Positions 1-12,016 of a stretch of 60,876 bases of DNA are shown one piece after another (the stretch's first letter is position 1; each line of letters begins with the position of its first letter). The translations under genes and the position numbers were made by a program. This DNA comes from Girardia tigrina (lineage: Eukaryota), in assembly GCA_001938485.1 (NCBI GenBank), contig MQRK01250323.1, positions 3,609-64,484 on the forward strand, written 5' to 3'. Under the pieces are notes generated by a model, which made no database searches, was not told the DNA's origin, and was given only the letters and a program-made list of their open reading frames with translations.

Positions 1-166
1 TAAAAATTTGAATATTAAATCTAACTTTAAATAAATTAGTTTCAGATTATAAAAATTAAATATTGACAATCCATCTGGTTAGGAGAGGCACAATCCCAAA
101 TCAACATACAACATTTAAAGATACAAAAACTACAAAAAAACATCCACACACCAAATATTCCTCACA
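1..166 (-). mobile_element. LTR family A, 5' part (runs off the window edge)
   Basis: The reverse complement of 154-166 is TGTGAGGAATATT, identical to the start of the TSD-flanked unit at 58532. It also shares the CTCC..CCAGRTGGA motif with the copies at 6798-7311 and 58532-59062. Confidence 0.8.
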
Positions 167-1075
167 ACCATCATTGTTGGTCTCCTTCCGGATTTAGTTT
201 TAATAGTAAAAACATAATTACTGGGTACTCCCCATTGATTCCTTTTTTCAATGTTCCTGTATTCATTATCATCAATCTTTTCTATATCTGGATTAATAGG
301 TTTCATTTCTTTCAATTTAATAAATGGATAGGAAGGAAGAGGTGTTAAATTTGCAGGTGGATAGTATAAATTTTGATCCAAAGTTTCTTGATTTCTCAAA
401 ATTTGAATTTGATTTTCATATGTCGTTCACTGATTTTTGGATACACCTGTTGATTGAGATTGATCTGTACCGGTTATTTCGTTTCCATTATCATCTTCAT
501 TCCTTCTTTCATCACTCGTTGTACTTGGATCACTAAATTAATCATCTGAATTTGACTCAAATTGTACCTTTTTATTTTTTCCTTTCCGATTTCGACGACT
601 TATATTTTTTACACTGTTTAACTGTTGTTTTTAATGAGTTAATTTCTTTACTATGGTGATGGATAATTAAAAATTTCGCTAAAGTGGGTACACATCCCAC
701 TATCAATTGCCAAGATACACCAACCATTGTATACAATTTATAAGTCGACACAACTTGTGTTAAGACAACTTTTAACAGAACATATATCACATAGACACCA
801 ATAAAGCCTGAACATGCCTGACCAAAGAAAACAAATTTTCCCCAAATCTTTTTTAGAGTATTATATGCTGCTTTTTGATAATAATCAACGCTTAAAAAAT
901 TATCATAATTAACCTGACCAAAACCTCCTGGTGGGACAGTCTCAACAATTTCTGTTATAACTCTTTCTCATTTTGAAGGAAATAATAAATTTCTTCGTGC
1001 ATCCTACACTTCTTCAGGGGCATAAATACCTGCGGTAGACATTTGATCCAAAGATGTAAAGTTTATAAGATAATC
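167..1075 (-). pseudogene. Decayed C-terminal part of a chuvirus-like (class III) viral glycoprotein / env-like gene
   Basis: Minus-strand translation: MSTAGIYAPEEV*DARRNLLFPSK*ERVITEIV...KKIWGKFVFFGQACSGFIGVYVIYVLLKVVLTQVVSTYKLYTMVGVSWQLIVGCVPTLAKFLII. This matches the GIY...FP, W..F..FG..SG..G and TM pattern I recall for chuvirus glycoprotein EVEs. It has about 4 stops, one frameshift near 600, and a long hydrophilic tail. Confidence 0.7.
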
Positions 1076-1170
1076 CAAATCGAAACGTCTTTCAAAAATG
1101 TAAATAACATCGAAAGAGTGTTGAAGGAATGTTTGACCCTGATCGAATGGTGTAAATCGGGCGACCAAAA

Positions 1171-1389
1171 CTACAATGGAATGACGGGAGATAATCTCGC
1201 GAGTGTTAAAACCGTCAAATGGGTCGCTCTAAATGATGACGACAAAACCGACGAGAAATGATTCTTAATCAATCTAATCGATTCCCCGGATCACGTAGAT
1301 TTCAGTGGTGAAGTAACAGCAGCGTTAAGAGTAACCGACGGCGTACAGGCTGAGATAGCGTTGTGCCAGGTGATCATCGAGAGAATATA
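1171..1389 (+). pseudogene. EEF2: Elongation factor 2 fragment (G-domain), intronless and internally deleted
   Basis: [71 protein letters not shown] matches eEF2 [28 protein letters not shown]...VQTETVLRQAIAERI. It has one stop and a ~12-codon deletion. Confidence 0.9.
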
Positions 1390-2918
1390 GCATGTGAGCT
1401 CTTTTTGTGTCTCTCTCTGTCTCGTCCCAGTGTCTCCACGTTCCCAACACCGGAGCCCCACAATTGCGCCGCATTTACCCTCTTGTCATCAACACTAGCT
1501 TTCCGCAGGTGAATGGTGATTACATAATCATTTGTATAATACAGGCTCTATTTGAAAATGTTTAACAGAGAAATTGAGAATAAAAAAACTTATTAATTTA
1601 CGTAAATTATTTGGTGTAAAATTCGAGATATGTAATTAGAGATAAATAAATCTCCCACTCCTCTCGGTTTTTGCTCCGATCTTGTTTATAAATATTCTTG
1701 AAATGGGTGTATTTATTTTTAAATTTTAGATCGTGTTAAATAAAAATCGTATAAAAAGTCGTGTAAAAACAGAATTAGGTGTATATCAAAATAAAAAAAA
1801 TCAAATTATAATTGATTTATTGGGATTAAAAATTAAGCTGTGGAAATGCAAAATTAAAAATTTCTTACGAGTAACTGGAATTATATGCCATTTTTCCCAT
1901 CTTTTCAACAATCAAAATGGTTTGAATAATTTAATTCGAATTTCAATCGTCTTTCATGGCAATGAAAACCGGTTCTTGTAGCACTCCGTTAATGAAAATA
2001 GGCAATTTAGCTTACGAAACTCGATACAAGAATTCCTACTCTAAACTTCTCTGCAATTCAAATATTTTTACCGGCGAAAATTCGGCCTGACAAAATGACG
2101 ACTCTAAAGTTTCAAGTTTGACAAATTTTGAAATCGCTATCGACCCAAAATCAGTACTTATTCTGAAAAATCGGTGTTCGCTGATTTTTGTCACATAGAA
2201 ACTCAACAAGCTGCTTTACACAATGTTTTTCTGTGACGCATCAAACCGGATCACTAATCATTTATCGGGTTTCCTTGATTAGCCGGAAATCGGAATTCAT
2301 TTCACTGAGCACTCTCGCCGACGAATTTCCATCACACTACCGCCACATAATCCATTTGCATTGCAAGTTCACCCGATGAATGTTTAGTAACAGATTAAAC
2401 AAGGAAATCAGTAGTTTTACAGCAAATCTCATGTGACAATTTCGGCTCACTCAGAACCATATTTATTGTTGGTTTGGGAAATCCGAGTCTCAATCTAATT
2501 TTTTTATATCACCGAATGATTTAACAATTGCCTATAACAACCGGATGTTTATTGTACTGAATAATAAATATTTCTCATTTCTTTATATCTAGTTATTTAA
2601 TAAAGTTAATGGAAGATGAAAATACATTCAATTTCTTTTTTCATTACACCTATGATCTATTTTTATTTTATTTATTTATATAAGAAAATTAATCAGTTGT
2701 AGATACTGTTGAATAGTTTTTTTTAATAAAAGACATGTTATAAATTATTTTAATATATCATAGAAGAAAATCGACATTCATTTTTTAATATTTCTGAGAA
2801 ATAAATAATGAGAAAAATCTTGAAATACGTTAAGAAAAAAATTTTTAAAAATTTATTCTGTTTTGTAAAAACGTCATTTTCATTGGCGATCGTTATAATC
2901 GAGATGATATTCTGGCAG

Positions 2919-3131
2919 GACATGTACAAAGCTGCAATAGCAGCTGCGGGCCAGAGAATACGTGCAATAGATCGATCGAGACTGTTCGCTAGGCCACAAG
3001 CGTCCCAGAGAGACAGTCAGAACGAAGAAATAAGGAATCGCATAAAAAAGAACTATATTGAACAGAGCATCCTAACATCGAATCAACTTGTCAATGACTT
3101 AAAGCGTGTGACGACCGACTTTGCTCAACAA
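2919..3131 (+). CDS. SEC20: Sec20/BNIP1 ER SNARE, penultimate exon (5' boundary uncertain)
   Basis: DMYKAAIAAAGQRIRAIDRSRLF...EEIRNRIKK...LVNDLKRVTTDFAQQ is followed by GT at 3132 (phase 0) and splices in frame to 9413. A CAG at 2916-2918 is the putative acceptor. Confidence 0.8.
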
Positions 3132-3255
3132 GTATTACTTTTAATGTTTTTTTCTTAATCTATTTTTATATTGAATTATGACGATTCTCTTTGTATACCA
3201 TTGTTAAAAAATTAAAAGAAATAACACTAATCACTTTTCGGTTCTATTATTAATA

Positions 3256-3816
3256 CGAGGGGCGTTCCGAAAGTAAGTGGAATACTTATATGTGGGTGTG
3301 CGCGTGTGTGTGCATCTTACAGAGGGACAAATGGCGTGGTGGCGTGATGTCCTTACCAGCCAATAGAAATCGAGCAAAAGTGGCATTGGTCCATGCAACA
3401 GGTGAGCAGCATAGAGGAAACTGCCATAGGCAGTGTTTTCATTTTTGTTTAACACATGGAAGACGCAGTACGTTCTCAGCGTGCAATCATCTTTTTCCTT
3501 TGGAAAGAGGATACTCCAGTGTCTGACATTGTGCGCCGCTTATCAAATATGTTTCAAGGAAGAGCCCTGCAAAAGTCTGCCGTCTACAATTGAGTGCATC
3601 AATTCGAAAATGGACGTGAATCCTTGGACGACGGAATTCTTTGACAGTAGCATGAAGGCATTAGTGAAGCGTTGGAATAAATGCATTCGCATTTCTGGTG
3701 AGTATCTTGAAAAGTTTGACAGTGATGAGGATGATGAATGACATTGTATTCCTTCAAAAAATGCTCTCCTGTGGTGTCGTCTCCCTTTTTTCCACTTACT
3801 TTCGGAACGCCCCTCG
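3256..3816 (+). mobile_element. Internally deleted mariner (irritans-like) in the Sec20 intron
   Basis: Perfect 27-bp TIR CGAGGGGCGTTCCGAAAGTAAGTGGAA with TA TSD. It retains the mariner C-terminus FFDSSMKALVKRWNKCIRISGEYLEK. Confidence 0.92.
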
Positions 3817-4832
3817 TATATCCATGAAAACTCAAATCTTTGAACTCCTTAAAATTTCCTTATCTTCTGCCTAAATATATGATTATCCTCTAAATAAATA
3901 TTTCTTTTTTTTGGAATCGTTCTTTAACCACACTATTAATAGGTGTTCTACAAGGATGCGTTTACTTGGACTTATATCAAATCTAGTACAAAAACTTATC
4001 AAACTGTTCTTTGGGTCATTGCTATTTTCGTACCTTTATGAATCAAAAGAGAGTGGTTTTTTGCTCAAACAAAAATGACATTGAAAATATCTGTTCATCA
4101 CATTATCATATACCACCTGCCTTTCAGATCAACGGTTTGAATCCTATTGTCATTAAATTTTACTGATGTATCGTCCATAAACAGTGTTTGGGTAAATCAA
4201 TAACGTTTCAATTCATTAGTAGTATCGTTATTTGTGACATCTCTTCCAATTCGACTATTGATGTTTTCCGATCTCTTCCTGTTCGGTGCAGTCTCCAGGT
4301 TACAGTAAAGACTGACCGGTGGTGGCATAATCATGACGCTTGATTTACTGCAGTTCGTACTGGACCCATTTAAAATTTTAAAATTGATTGTTCATTTGAC
4401 TTATGTTTTTTAAATCGTTAACAAAATTCAGATCAAAATTTCTTTCAGAAAAATTATATAATCTCATTCAAATTCAAATTTTCACTACAAAAAATTCCAA
4501 TTTGTTACACTTAAAAATATTCACTGAACTCAAAACGAATTACAATAAATCGTCAATCGTAAAATTTGAGCAATAAATTGTATAGTGATAACAAAAATTC
4601 GTTAAATCATTAAATATGAACAATCAATCTTCAATCGTAATATTGAGATTTATCTCGATGAGACGGTACTTATCCAAGTCAGTGAATTGGATCTGGCAGA
4701 TGGATTTAATGGAGAAGATTATACATGCGAAAATCAATTAAAACCTGAGTAAATTGTCAATCGTAAAATATGAAATATTCTTAATCAGTACTTTAAAAAT
4801 TTGAGCAATTTGTCAGTCATAAATTTGAAATA

Positions 4833-6058
4833 TTAGGTTGGTCGAAAAATAATGGCGGTTTTTGAGTTTTATACTTTGTTTATCTACTTTGATATATATA
4901 TATATAAGTTTAAATGCATTAGTGTTAGATATTATTTGAAATCTTATGCCTAGCTGTATATTCCTATAGCCATTATTAACATATTGCTGTTATTTTTTAG
5001 AATATTTACGNNNNNNNNNNNNNNNNNNNNNNNNNNNNNNNNNNNNNNNNNNNNNNNNNNNNNNNNNNNNNNNNNNNNNNNNNNNNNNNNNNNNNNNNNN
5101 NNNNNNNNNNNNNNNNNNNNNNNNNNNNNNNNNNNNNNNNNNNNNNNNNNNNNNNNNNNNNNNNNNNNNNNNNNNNNNNNNNNNNNNNNNNNNNNNNNNN
5201 NNNNNNNNNNNNNNNNNNNNNNNNNNNNNNNNNNNNNNNNNNNNNNNNNNNNNNNNNNNNNNNNNNNNNNNNNNNNNNNNNNNNNNNNNNNNNNNNNNNN
5301 NNNNNNNNNNNNNNNNNNNNNNNNNNNNNNNNNNNNNNNNNNNNNNNNNNNNNNNNNNNNNNNNNNNNNNNNNNNNNNNNNNNNNNNNNNNNNNNNNNNN
5401 NNNNNNNNNNNNNNNNNNNNNNNNNNNNNNNNNNNNNNNNNNNNNNNNNNNNNNNNNNNNNNNNNNNNNNNNNNNNNNNNNNNNNNNNNNNNNNNNNNNN
5501 NNNNNNNNNNNNNNNNNNNNNNNNNNNNNNNNNNNNNNNNNNNNNNNNNNNNNNNNNNNNNNNNNNNNNNNNNNNNNNNNNNNNNNNNNNNNNNNNNNNN
5601 NNNNNNNNNNNNNNNNNNNNNNNNNNNNNNNNNNNNNNNNNNNNNNNNNNNNNNNNNNNNNNNNNNNNNNNNNNNNNNNNNNNNNNNNNNNNNNNNNNNN
5701 NNNNNNNNNNNNNNNNNNNNNNNNNNNNNNNNNNNNNNNNNNNNNNNNNNNNNNNNNNNNNNNNNNNNNNNNNNNNNNNNNNNNNNNNNNNNNNNNNNNN
5801 NNNNNNNNNNNNNNNNNNNNNNNNNNNNNNNNNNNNNNNNNNNNNNNNNNNNNNNNNNNNNNNNNNNNNNNNNNNNNNNNNNNNNNNNNNNNNNNNNNNN
5901 NNNTTTTATGCTGATGGCATAAAACAACTTGTTTCTCGTTGGCAAAAATGTATTGATGCCAACGGTTCATACTTTGATTAATAAACTTTTGTTTCTGTGA
6001 ATTTGCACGTCTTTGAAGTTTGAGTCCCAAAACCGCTATTATTTTTCGACCAACCTAA
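4833..6058 (+). mobile_element. Mariner (cecropia-like) spanning the assembly gap 5011-5903
   Basis: TIR TTAGGTTGGTCGAAAAATAATRGCGGTTTT at both ends, TA TSD, and a length of ~1.2 kb typical of mariner. Confidence 0.9.
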
Positions 6059-6797
6059 TATAAATCGTAAGTAATAACAAAAAGTTGTAAATCAAAATCG
6101 AAAGTTATAAAATGTGATTTTAAAAATCATTTGAATTCCTACTTGCTTTGATTGGCTCACCAATTCTTCAAATGATTTAAATTAAAAATTGTCTTTTGGG
6201 CAAGAAGAAGATGAAAATATTTCGATATAAATAAAGATAACGAATATAACAACAATTCAATTTAAAATTCCCGAATACCTCCTTTAATTCTATTCATCAG
6301 ATTTGGTTGAGTTTGTATTGTCCTTTTATTTGTATACCATTTCCTAATCTTTGAATGACAATATTCACAACGATCTCTTTCTTCAATATGTTTATCTGAT
6401 TTGTTTCTCATTCATTTTAATGACACTTATAATGAATGACATTGTTTCGTAAACATATTTCTTATCACACGATGCTTAACTGATTTTGATGCATTTTAAC
6501 CAAGAGTGTTGTAGAAATAACAACTTTAAAGGATTCTTTGCTGTGATCGTTACCGATGCTTTTTCATATCATCATTTAAACTATGTAGATTATATGATTC
6601 ACCATCTTTTTTCTCATCTTTATCAGTTCGTAATGAATTAAAAAAATTTAAACTACATCCCTGCTTTTCACAAGTATTCCATCATAACTCAACTTGTGAA
6701 TGGTTTTCTTTGTGTTACATCTAGCTCGAAGATTCGTAAGACTTCTTCTATAACTTCGTTTGAGAGACCTCTTGCCGCACATGCGCATGAAGTCTAT

Positions 6798-7311
6798 TAT
6801 TAAGAACGTTGAGACAATTCTCATTTGAATTTTTATTACTGCAACATTCATAGTCATTAAAACTCTCAGAAGATCTTTCATCATTTGACATCGCTCTAAT
6901 TGGTTGCGTTATTTCTATTTTTAATCATGATTATTCGAACAATTTTTCTAAATCTTTTAAAAATACATAATTTCTAAAAATATTAATTAAAAATAATAAT
7001 TTTAACCATTTCTTAAAAAAACCCAAAATAATAAAAATGTTATCAAATTATTGAAAATGAATTTAATTTAATTTATATCTAATTAAATGCTTTTCTTTTT
7101 AAACAAAAATAACAAACCTAATTTTAATTGTTAATTTAAAAAAATATCAACTTGACAAATTATTATTTTAATTTTGCTTGAATATTCAATCAATTTAAAT
7201 TAAAAAAAATACTAATTTCCATCTGGGTGGGAGTATCACCATTCTAAGTTAACCATATTCAAATCAACATACAGTATCAATACATTCAAACAATTTAAAA
7301 TATTCCTCATA
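6798..7311 (-). mobile_element. Solo LTR family A (514 bp)
   Basis: 5-bp TSD TCTAT (6793-6797 and 7312-7316). Ends TATGAGGAATA...GTTCTTAATA are homologous to 58532-59062. Confidence 0.85.
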
Positions 7312-9412
7312 TCTATAATATCTATCTGCATTAATTTCCGTCTATAAATAGAACTAATTCCTCATCTGTGAAATTATTGACACTAAGGGAAGACATCTAG
7401 TGGTTTCTAAATATCCATGTCGCATTTTGTGGCCAAACATCACCTAGCGTTGCAAAACATGTGACTAAGACATCATTTGCATCTTCAAGATAAATTATTG
7501 CACGCATTTGATGAATAGATATTTGACGACGACAATGCTGGAACAGTGTCGACAGTCGATGTAAAGTAGACTGTAAATCTTGTGTGGGTAGCATGATATG
7601 TTTCCAGAAACAATTGTCAATTGTATGCGTCATGGTGGAATTATCAATTACGATGTCAGTCCTCCACTGAATCTACGCCAATGAATTTTTCAATCATTTA
7701 AGAGACATTTATTTAACTTTCTCTAGAGCGGAATTATTATTCTTATTCAGAAGCAGACAATGGTATGGTTACAAATTCCGAAATTGTGGACAGTATTTGT
7801 GATACAAAAAATAGATAAACGGAATACTAAGATTAATCTAAAGTAAAATGTAATGCTATTGTCCACAATCCACAAACCAAAAAAATCTTAAAGAACATTT
7901 AAACTCTGATTTTTTCTGCAATGTCAGGCTGTGTCAATATCTTCACCGGATGCTGTCGTACCTTCACAACACCAAGAAGAGTGCAATACTTGCTCATAAT
8001 TTTTGAATTTCAAAAAAAGATCACTTGATAGTACTTCCCAATAACACATGATAAGATGCTATTGATGTTTTTGTTACCGTTTAACGTTGAATATTGAATA
8101 TGATTTTTTTTGAAAAATAAGAACTAAGTACGACAGGAGTTACAGTTGATGTTTTTTTATATTTCAGGAATAAAGTTTATTCAGACAAAAATTTTTAACT
8201 CTAAGAAAATAATGAAGTAATTGTTATTGATGATGAAACTTAATTATAAGCTAAGTACATTGTTTTGTTAAATCATTGCTCAGACATTTTTATTTTATGA
8301 AATTTGAAACTAGTTACCTAAATATCTGTTTTTTTACATTCTTTTTATTAGCTTACTTTCTATATATATGTATATCCATGGAAATTAGAAACATATTTTT
8401 GATAGCCTTTTCCTTAATCAATTTTCTTCAAACTTTGCACGGGTACTCATTACCGATGACAATAAATGATTATGTGAAAATTTGATCATTAAAACTTTTT
8501 AAGGTCCCAAAATGAGATAAAAACGGAAAATTCGGAGTTCCAATAGAATATTAATAGAAAAAGATCTACTTATAAATTATAAGTAGTTTATATAAATTTT
8601 TATTGTTTTTTAAATTATTTTTTTAATTAAACCTTTGTTGGCAAAGTTGAGTTCTGTCTAAATAAAGAATGGATATAAAAAAATTAATTTTTTGATTTAC
8701 TAGTTTAAAGTGTAAGAACTTGTCGCTAGATCATCTATCGTAATTAATGGAATGTGTATTAATGAAATGTGTATTCTAAAATTTTACCATAATTTAATGT
8801 TAAATTTAAGTTCCAAATAATCTAAAAGTAAAAACATATTATTCGAAATTGATGGTTAATATGAGTTACTTAATAAAGCTAAATGGGATCCGTAAAAAAA
8901 CATCACATAATAAAATTCGTCACTGAATTTATGATATTTTTGTAGTAAATTTAGTAGCCAAATTATCGATATTCTTTGTATTAAATGTCCTCACTTAAAT
9001 GATTATATTTAATTGTACAATTTTTAATAATGCAATTATAAAATTATATTTTGGAAAATACATTTCTCAATATTAAACAGAAAGTAACTTAGAAAAGTAA
9101 AATGATAATTTTTACATAATAATTTGAATAATACTACTAAAAATACTATCACGAATTCGGCGATGAAATTTACTGCGAAAATTTTTTCATATATTCTGTG
9201 ACGTTTTTTCTTCGATCTTTTTATCATGAATGTAAGTATGTATAAATCTTCTTTAGTTCTAGAATTGACAACTCTAAACTGTTAATCAGTCTAAGATTTC
9301 CATGATGAACTGCCACCTTTTTAATTTTTTCATTTATACTGATTACTAAATGAATCGTTTTATTCTTTAGAATTATACCTCGTTAATTTTTTATCATTAT
9401 TTTTGAATCTAG

Positions 9413-9643
9413 GCAGAACTATCAAAAAACACTCTAAATATTTTGACTGAAGATTCAGAGACCTTATCTCGTACTCACAACGTTTATCAGCAGTTAGATA
9501 CAAATGTTAACAGTGCTACAAGATTGGTTGGCAAGTACAATCGCCGAGAGATATGGGATAAAGTTTTGATAACAATAGCCTTTTTGTTCTTTCTGTTGGT
9601 TTGTGGTTATATTTTTATCAAAAGAGTCAGCAGAAAAATCTGA
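9413..9643 (+). CDS. SEC20: Sec20/BNIP1 last exon (SNARE motif plus tail anchor)
   Basis: AG at 9411-9412, then AELSKNTLNILTEDSETLSRTHNVYQQLDTNVNSATRLVGKYNRREIWDKVLITIAFLFFLLVCGYIFIKRVSRKI*. This matches BNIP1 KYNRRE..DK followed by a C-terminal TM helix. Confidence 0.9.
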   Translation, partial: AELSKNTLNILTEDSETLSRTHNVYQQLDTNVNSATRLVGKYNRREIWDKVLITIAFLFFLLVCGYIFIKRVSRKI

Positions 9644-9776
9644 GAAAGGCTTTTTTGAAATATTCAATTTGAGATATCAATTTATGATTTTTTATTGTTT
9701 TTATCAAATCAATGCTGCTTTTGTTAAATGTGCAGTTTCAAATATTTTTTCATATTTAAAACGATCGAGGTATTTA

Positions 9777-10495
9777 TTAGGTTGATGCAAAAGAAATGTC
9801 GTTTTTTAATCGTCAACTTTAAATGAACATAACTTTCTTTAGAAGTAACTTTATTAGTCAAAATAAAGACCATTACATTGAACACCCTGTTGCCAACGGG
9901 TAACAAGTTTTTTTATTCCAGTGTCATAAAATTCTGGAGGCGATGAAGTCGTCCAAGGCTCTATCAGCATCTCCTTGGTTTTTGAAGCATTTTTCGCGAA
10001 GGAACTGGCTGAAATGTTTGAAAAGATGACAGTCTGTAAGAGAAAGGTCTGGTGAGTACGGTGGGTGAGGCATAGTTTCATATCCCAGTTCGTTTAACTT
10101 CAGTATGGTCTTTCTTGCAAGAAGTGGACGAGCGTTGTCATGCAGAAGAATTGGCCCCTTTTTATTGAGTAATGCTGGCTGTTTTTTGTAGTTCTTGGTG
10201 CATTTTGTCAATTTGCTGACAGTACTTTTCCGCTGTAATTGTTTCGCCTTGTTTTAGGAAGCTGTAATGGATTAAACCGTGTGCGGACCACCAAACAGTT
10301 ATCATGACTTTTTTGGTGTAATTTTTGCTTCGTGAAAGGTTTTGGAGCCTCATTGAAATCCCACCACTGAGCTGAAAGTCGCCGGTTGTCGTATATGATC
10401 CATTTTTCATCGCACGTTACAATTCGATCCAGAAACGGGTCGCTTTGATTACGCAAAATCAGAGAAGAACACACGTTAAAACGACAATTTTTTTC
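9777..10495 (-). mobile_element. 5'-truncated mariner transposase pseudogene (DD34D, cecropia-like)
   Basis: Motifs IVTCDEKW, LLHDNARP and HPPYSPDLSLTDCHLF across frameshifts. TIR TTAGGTTGATGCAAAAG follows TA at 9775. Confidence 0.93.
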
Positions 10496-10504
10496 TAATA
10501 AAAA

Positions 10505-10602
10505 CAATCGCCATTTTTTTCGGGGTGTGGGTGGGTGGGCACCGCGAAATTTAAAAATTGCATATTGGGGTGCCGCTACCTGAAAAAGGTTGGGAAACAC
10601 TG
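10505..10602. mobile_element. Orphan hAT (Charlie/Buster) terminus
   Basis: GGTTGGGAAACACTG followed by ATCTAGAC (NNNTANNN target consensus). Same type of end as 17338-18148. Confidence 0.75.
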
Positions 10603-11593
10603 ATCTAGACTAATATTTAGAATTTATGACATACATGATTTTTCTTTCCCATCAAATAATAAGTGTTTTTATATAAGATTTTCATGCTTATTTCAAATCT
10701 GAAAACGCTTTGATCTATCACATCGTGTTTCAAAAAGGAGGACTTAACCGTTTTTTTAGAGTTTTTCTATACCCTACTTTTATTGCATTCGAAATATCCA
10801 ATATAGTCGCATATCGTAAGTTCACTAATAAAACATATCGACATAGGAATATATAGATGTATAGTACAATTTGATAGTATTGGAAAAGTGAGTGGCTACA
10901 TAATAATGATGGTCTTTATTAACGGTCTACCTTCGTGCATGGGACAGGAATTGGTAAAAAAGGTTACACTGATGCCCCGCAAATGGTCGATGAAATCGGA
11001 ACCGTTGTCAAGGAAACTGGAACCATTCATAAGCGTTGCTGATGAAGCTGGAACCGTTGCCATGTTTACGGGTACCCCTCCGGATCGCTCTTGAGACCGG
11101 AGGTACATGTATCGAATGCCCATTTTTCCCTACTTACTTTCATGCTAAGTTAATGTAAGAGAAGGCACAAATTTGTACATCTATGATATATTCAACGAAA
11201 CTATTGAAGAGGTCAAGGCTCTTTATATAAATATGTTGGGACCAGTGAGTTTTTCCTTCACGTCAGCCTCAGGCCTATTCATTGCACAGGCACCGAGGTA
11301 GGCGAAGGAAAAACTCCTAGAACCTAAAAAACTAAAAATAAAATATTATAATTTATAATTAATTAATTAAAAAACAGAAACTTTTAATTGGTTTTGACCC
11401 TTGGATCCTGTCGATTTGAATATTTTCTTGTGAAAATTTGATGGCCTGATTTGTTGACGTGGGTTTGATCGGAATTTTGGCCCTCTCCGGGTTGTTTCTA
11501 TCTGAGAACTGTTGACTTAGTGATGTATGATTGAAGGTTGACTGTGAGAATTGTCTGCTTGCTGGTTCTGTGAGTTTTTGTGACAAAAGATTG

Positions 11594-11602
11594 GTATAAA
11601 TT
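11594..11602 (+). promoter_or_regulatory. TATA box of family B
   Basis: GATTGGTATAAATT is conserved at ~49955 in copy 2 and lies upstream of the ORF in both copies. Confidence 0.55.
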
Positions 11603-12016
11603 CATCCGAATTTGTGCACTTGATCAGACTTTTCTTTGAATAAATTTTATTTAAAAAAATTTTTGTTTTGTACTTCGGTAATTTTTGGATTTTATTTCCT
11701 TTTTTAAAATTTGATGGAGTTTGGGGAACATCCTCAAGGCTGCCGATCTGTCGATAGATAACAGTATGGGCTTATAGTTCCTGCCGAGACTATTGACCAT
11801 CAGGTAGGGAATATGAACAGGTTGTGAGGTAATTTGATGACTGTCGATCTGTTAATAGATTAACGGTAGGTGCTTATAGTGCCTGCCGAGACTATTGACG
11901 ATCTGGAAGTTTGAGAAAGTCCTTACCAAGTTTCATTTCTAGAAGAGAATTCGTTTCTCTCAGCCTCCATCAATTATTTTTTGTTTTTTTTATTTTTTTT
12001 AATCCACTCATCGTTC

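Noticed and set aside
176-196. tRNA-Tyr-like PBS TGGTCTCCTTCCGGAT after the LTR A end
   Set aside because: Poor match, ~10 nt from the LTR, and it lies within the minus-strand glycoprotein tail frame.
1393-1462. 70-bp TG...CA unit with short inverted ends
   Set aside because: No TSD and no second copy in the window.
4950-6030. Long ORFs of 170-400 aa over 4950-6030, 17212-17727 and 33210-34087
   Set aside because: Artefacts of N-gaps.
11265-11300. U1 snRNA (AUUGCAC stem-loop II-like motif, also at ~49630)
   Set aside because: There is no ATACTTACC 5' end, SL1 or Sm site. The conservation is better explained by the antisense ATG frame in family B.
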